A stretch of 60,273 nt of DNA, counting the filler, from Sphacelaria rigidula (Eukaryota), in the NCBI GenBank assembly GCA_964200075.2. It is 6 parts of 6 records of this genome, joined end to end, with 100 filler letters (N's around TTAATTAATTAA, not from the genome) between each part and the next. Parts side by side here need not be neighbours in the genome. Positions count along the whole stretch, not along the records: positions 50,313 to 60,273 come from CAXNAA020007408.1; 5 more parts are not named here. One strand, written 5' to 3'. Shown piece after piece: positions 50,396-60,273 of the stretch. The notes beneath the pieces were generated by a model that saw nothing but the letters and a program-made list of their open reading frames with translations, was not told the origin of the DNA and ran no database searches. The translations under genes were made by a program, and so were the position numbers. The first letter of the stretch is position 1. Each line of letters opens with the position of its first letter.

Positions 50396-53300
50396 CGGTT
50401 GTAAGTAAAGTCGGATATGTGTACACGGGCCCTCAACCGTGTCCGATGCGTCAGGCGACGACATTTTTTGGCGTCTTCGAGGTTTTTTAGTTCAAACCTC
50501 ATGTTTTTTGTTTACGCTCTGCCCTACGTTGGCGAATGCCGGGTGATGACTTGTGGGATCCAACGTCTTGTTCTATGGCAGCTTGATACCGTCGAATTTT
50601 TACAACCGGCCAACTTCTGTCGTGCAGAGCTATGTTATGTGGCACTCGCAAGTTTCACCGCCCGAAAGCTCTGCCCCTGCCCGCGTAGCGTGAACAATCG
50701 GAAAGTGTATGAATTATGATTTTTCTCATTTTTTGTGGTGGTACCCACATCACCGCCCCTATGAACCTCTTCTTCCGTTCTTCTACGGACAAGGTAAAGG
50801 CTTTTAGGGGTGGCCTTTTTCGCAGGTTAGCGGTGAGGGTGAACACCGTTATGCACTCGACGGACACTTGTGGGATGTTTTCCCCTTCAATTTTGTGATA
50901 TCCATCTTCGACAGTGATACATTTTTTTCAAGATTTTTTTCCCCCCGTCCTGTTAATAAGTGACCACATATCTTCCGTTAACGTGAATGACAAGGTGGCG
51001 CTGCCTTCTATCATGGAGAACTGTGCAAAGCCGTCGTTCGCGAGACCCACGCATGATCCTCGTCCGATCCACACAAGACTGTCCCTTTTTCATTCGTGAT
51101 TATTCCGTGGTGCGTTTTATTGCCGTGCGCCCATGACATGGCTACACAACAGGCGCGGCGAAAAGATAAGAACATCAGTTCCATGTTCGGGGAGAATATA
51201 ACGGAAAACGTGGGGCTTTCCGTTTCGAAGTCTGCAGACATCGTTGTGGGCTACGGTCGCAAGAATCCCAACTCGGCACGAGGACGGGAGAGGCGCGGCA
51301 AGAAGAGATCGTAGAATTCGACAGACGAGTTCGCTGATATGCTGTGTTGTAGGTTAGGCCCTCGTTACTTGTAGTCCTGAGTTGCATGAGATCGTACCGT
51401 TGCCTCGGACGATACTGATGATTCCCGGTGTGTTTTCCGCGTTTTTGTCACGTCGACTGGCGGAAGCAGAAAGATATCGCGCTTGTAATGCGAGTGTATT
51501 TGTGCGCCCAACCTTTTGACCAATTCATTTATTTATTTTTTTGCAAAAAATATATTTTGCTTACCGTTCCACAGTTGTCGTGCGTACAGGGTTCAGTGGC
51601 GAGCATAACAATCGGCCGATTCGGGAAATCTCGTAATTCCCAAATGCTGTCGATATATGGATTTGGATTCTTGTATCATGAGGGCGCTCACTTTTTTGTC
51701 ACGGAAACTGTGTTTACGGTACCCCAACAATGTCATTGAATCAAGTCAAACGAGAACAAGGTTAATGTTACGATTGAGAATCAGCTTTCAATCAAAAGGT
51801 TGTTCTCGTGTGTTCCATTAACCCTTTTGGGACCGACCCCCACTAACACAGGGTTGACCCTGATTGATTGATTGTCACACTTGAACTGACCCCCCAGGGG
51901 TCCAGCCGTGGTCTCATGATGGACGTATTCAAGAAAAACGGAATTCAAACACGCTCTAAGGAAAACAAATTCAACACAAGCAAAGCGCAGAAAGAAATTG
52001 CCGACCTCAAGCAAGAAAGAGGAAAACAAGAGGAAAGTACAAATTAGATAAAAAAAAACACAAAGAAACGATGGGAAAAAAAAGGCCTAATGGATACATG
52101 GCAGCGGAGTAGATGCAGACACACACTGTGTTCGTGAAGTGATAGAAATACAAGTCTTCGAGTGACCTGCCCAATCGCGGCGAGGCGAGATTTATCGACC
52201 AGACCAGAACGACCAGCGCGGGGGTTGTTGGTGAGTGTGATGCCACTGCAAAGATCGTGCGGGGCACCCTATCCCTGGCCCAGATAAGCCTCGCCAGGTT
52301 TCCAAGTGTAGGGCGGTCGGAACTTGGTTATGTGATATTACTTGCACTCAGTACAGCTTTCCCGCGTTCTGCGGTGTTATTTTTTTGGGTCACAATTTTA
52401 TGCTAAAAAGCAGTAATTTACAGGAACGTGCAAGGGAGTATGCAGCGGCAGTTGTTGCTACAGTCGGAGAGGCGTACTACACTGTACTGTACTATACTGT
52501 TGCATGCATGCGTGCCGCAACACTGATACTGTTCGAAGAGAAATTGACGCATGCAACGAAGGGGGAAATAGCGGCCCGCCCCGACCACAAAGGGCTGTGT
52601 GGCAAAGTGATGGGGACGAAAGTATTATCCAAAGCCACAAGTGGCGGGCGGCCCGTCGGTCGCCGCATCCTGTCGGAAGCTGTCTACCGCGACCCATACT
52701 GCTTGCTACGTCAGACGTACACCACCTGATGTGCACCCTGCACCTGAAAATAGAGTAGATGAAACTTTCGGTCTTCGTCATAACCCTGCGGTTACATACT
52801 ACGCGGATTTTCAGCAACACACCACTGTTTCGTGCAGACGCCAGACACGTCATTCCTGACCACAGCCTCATTGGTCGTTCTGGAGGCCCGGTCCCAAAAG
52901 GGTTGATGGACAAAACACTGACGAACACTGTAAACAATGTTTTCGTGAGGTGGAGAGTAGAGCGCGGATTGAAAGTGGCTTTGATCATCCGCTTCAACTC
53001 AGCCAATTTTTCATTCCGTATGTGCTCTTCTTTGCCTCCATCACTGCCGTGTGCCAACAACAATGTTATCTTCGAGTAAGGTATCGACGGGTAGATGTGA
53101 GCACAGTCAAGAATGAAAATACAGGGAAATGACGCATGAATCATCGGAACGTTCCTCTCATCAATGCGCCGCTGTATCATGGGCAGGTCATGACCACACG
53201 TGGGACACAAATGTCATCCATTCCAACAGTGTCGTACGAATACCTTCAATGTGGGGGAAGGTTTTATATCACATTAACCCGTCACGGTTCCACGTGATAA

Positions 53301-54718
53301 TATATGTTGGCATTTTTCTGCTTTCGGAATATATATCCGACGACGGACTCGTCTGAATTTTTGCACGCTGGACGAAACGTGATCAAAAGGTTGCGATAAG
53401 TCTATATCTTGCGCAGTAGACTTCTCGTCTATTGTAACTATTGACTACACGTTTTTGTCCAGGGTGTGGAATCTTGACCCCTCGACCGCCAGAGTTGGGA
53501 ATCAGGGTCACATATAATAATTCCTTCTTGAATGCACATGATGCTGACTCCACAAACGGCTCAAAAGCTGGTTCCCAATCGAATGCTACACTCAATGGCA
53601 CAAAAACCAAGTTGGAGGTAACAGACGAAGAATCTCACAACATATCCTCGATATCACAACTGGGCATCACCGCTGGGACCTCGTCTACTTCATTTGTGCC
53701 CGAAGCAGGGCCGTTCTTCACACGCTGCAATAATAGCGACTTTTCCCACAACGGACACACGACATCATCCTCTGAACACCCACGCGACGAGCACTATTTG
53801 CATGTGCCAGGTGTATGGAGCGACATCAAAAACACAGCTGCACTGTTTTACCTGCACACATATCTTCGCCGGAAATCATCACAGAATCACGGTGCAGTCG
53901 AGAGAGCCACTCTCTCCCCTCAGACTCGCGGCCGACCGCTGCTCCGCGCATTCGTGTCACCGCGTTTGAACACCAAACCTAATAACGCATCATGGGGTGG
54001 CATGTTCCTCAGTCGACCCCCCCCCATCCTTCTCCATCCTCTCTCCCTTTATTGACCTCAGGGGGGGAAATTGGACACTGGCCGACAATCACAAAAAAAA
54101 AAGTATGAAGGCTCTTACAAGCAGCTACACTAGCTGCGCAAGTTATAACAGTACAAAGACGTTCTGGTAAGGTGAACTGCATTGCCCTACACCTCTACAG
54201 GGTGCGGCGTGGTCTCCAGCTAAATCCAAAACTGAACCGCCCCCTGGTACTGTTTATCATCACAATCACATCAGTTCGATCTTCTCGACTCGCAATCATC
54301 CCGTACTAACCCCTCAAAAAATATTTCTTCATCCTCACCCAGAGTCCAGGAAGGTTGTCTCGACACGCGAATCATCTTTATTTTCAAAATTCTGACCAGT
54401 GGTGAGCCTCATTACTTGGATTTAGATTACCCTCTCTCCCCCCGCAAAAATTCGGAATCTGGGGGGAAAGTGGGTGTGGTACATAGACAGAGATTCACCA
54501 CCCCTTGAACGCATACCAGATAATCAAACCGTCATTTTCATTTTCATTGACTTGTGCGGCAAGAAACAACTTTATTTTCAAAAATTTCGACCAGTGGTAA
54601 GCCTTATTACTAAGATTTAGATTACCCTCTCTCCCCCCGCGAAAATTCGGAATCTGGGGGAAAGATGGGTGTGGTACATGGACAGAGATTTACCACCCCT
54701 TACACACATACCAGATAA

Positions 54719-59033
<4,315 letters not shown>

Positions 59034-59329
59034 GACAGGAATGTTATCCCGGCGTTCGTGAGCTAAAGCTTGAAACTTGAAGAAGTAGCACAGGATAATT
59101 AGCGCTGCAGTCGTGGATACTGGTGAGAAATTCAAACGTGTCGAGTACCAGCGACGCATCCACCCGACAACAGCGTATACAGCATGTCGAAATTTGAAAA
59201 TATATTTTACTTTTTCATCATCACATTTGCTCTTCCATCGCAGAGCCGTAATATGAAAGCATATCCAGAGCACTCTATCTCCAAGTTGTTTCGTACAACC
59301 CCTGATCCGCAGCGTGCCTAGCCGTGGTC
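59034..59329. promoter_or_regulatory. Putative bidirectional promoter
   Basis: 296 bp between divergent ATGs, with an AT-rich core at about 59188-59215. Confidence 0.55.
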
Positions 59330-59848
59330 ATGTTGATATTGCTCAGTGCGAAGGCTGCCAGCGTGGCGGTGACTACGCCGAGGAGACCCCGGATACACCT
59401 CTCCTCTAGAATGCAGTATGTGGCCTCCACCGCCGCTCATGCATTGTGTTGCTCGGTAGTCTACATTTCAGAAGGTAGAAACGATAGTCTACTTGATTCC
59501 CTCTCGTCAGCGGCAGCAAGCGATCACAAGGCAGCCCTCATAAGGGAGTTTAGGGACCCGACGTACCACCGTACCGGGTATACAATAGGCGGGAGTCCTG
59601 ACGGTGTTGTCCGGGCATCGCTGGACATTAGTCGGCGGGCGCTGCGGGCGATCGATCTTCGAATGCACGAGGCAAGTCACCCACGGGTAGGAGTCGTCGA
59701 CCATATCTCGATTCACCCGCTTGGCATCAGTACCGAAGCGAGGGCCGGCTCCTGTGAGGCGGGCAGGGAGATCGCGGAGTCGCTGGGTCAGGAAGGGGTA
59801 TCTGTATTGCTCTACGGGGACTTGAAGGATGGTCGACGTTTAGCAGAG
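59330..59848 (+). CDS. Glutamate formiminotransferase (FTCD N-terminal domain, plant GFT-type), exon 1; gene runs off the contig
   Basis: CSVVYISEGRN, DPTYHRTGYT, IDLRMHEASHPRVGVVDHISIHPL, LLYG..RRLAE; donor GAG|GTGAG at 59849; alternative ATG at 59411. Confidence 0.88.
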
Positions 59849-60273
59849 GTGAGACGACTAGCTTCTGCTAGGGAGAGCATTGTTATGTGCACTTGGCTTG
59901 GTGCTGTCCGTATCGAGAGCTTTGGGTCCACGTGTGTTTTAAGTTATGTACTGTAGGCAATCCACTGTGTTGTTGCTGTTGTTGTTGACTTCACATTAAA
60001 AAAAAAAAAAGTCCCGATATCTGCGCAGTACTCTGTACTTGGCATCTGATGCGGACGCCTTCCGTAGTCCGTAGTCACAGGCTAACTACCCCAAGCTAGG
60101 GTAAAAGAAAATCATGAAATAAATCGGACTCGGAAAAAATTCACACAGATGCGATACATAATGAATAAAAAACAAATATAACAAATACTAAGGCCGCTGC
60201 TTAGGCCGCTTCTTATAATAGACAAGAATAAAAACCCGGAAAAATGTATTTTTGGAGCTTTTACGTCGTTTTA

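Noticed and set aside
59034-59273. 80-aa N-terminal extension of DHFR-TS in the ORF track
   Set aside because: The ORF track starts it at a non-ATG codon and it fills the intergenic promoter region; DHFR homology starts just after ATG 59033, though a shorter extension from the in-frame ATG at 59159 cannot be excluded

Overview
The window is six unrelated contigs of about 9.96 kb (1-9963, 10064-20026, 20127-30089, 30190-40151, 40252-50212, 50313-60273). They are joined by artificial 100-bp N44-TTAATTAATTAA-N44 linkers, so no linkage can be inferred across the linkers. The DNA is eukaryotic, repeat-rich and intron-containing; a stramenopile, probably a brown alga, is my inference. Contig 1 holds a tRNA-Ala(AGC) gene, a decayed LINE and one exon of a host gene. 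Contigs 2 and 3 each carry a decayed copy of an element encoding a FEN1/XPG/XRN-type (PIN-fold) nuclease with a C-terminal tesmin-like CXC zinc cluster, resembling AcademX DNA transposons. Contig 2 also has three long hairpin (foldback) elements. In contig 3 the element is interrupted exactly by the 5' LTR of a Ty3/gypsy retrotransposon with a very long gag region. Contig 4 is a related, decayed Ty3/gypsy element whose integrase ends in a chromodomain plus an extra aromatic-rich domain. Contig 5 is almost all MITEs and satellites. Contig 6 has a complete 4-exon DHFR-TS gene head-to-head (296 bp) with a plant-type glutamate formiminotransferase gene, giving two folate enzymes on a likely bidirectional promoter.
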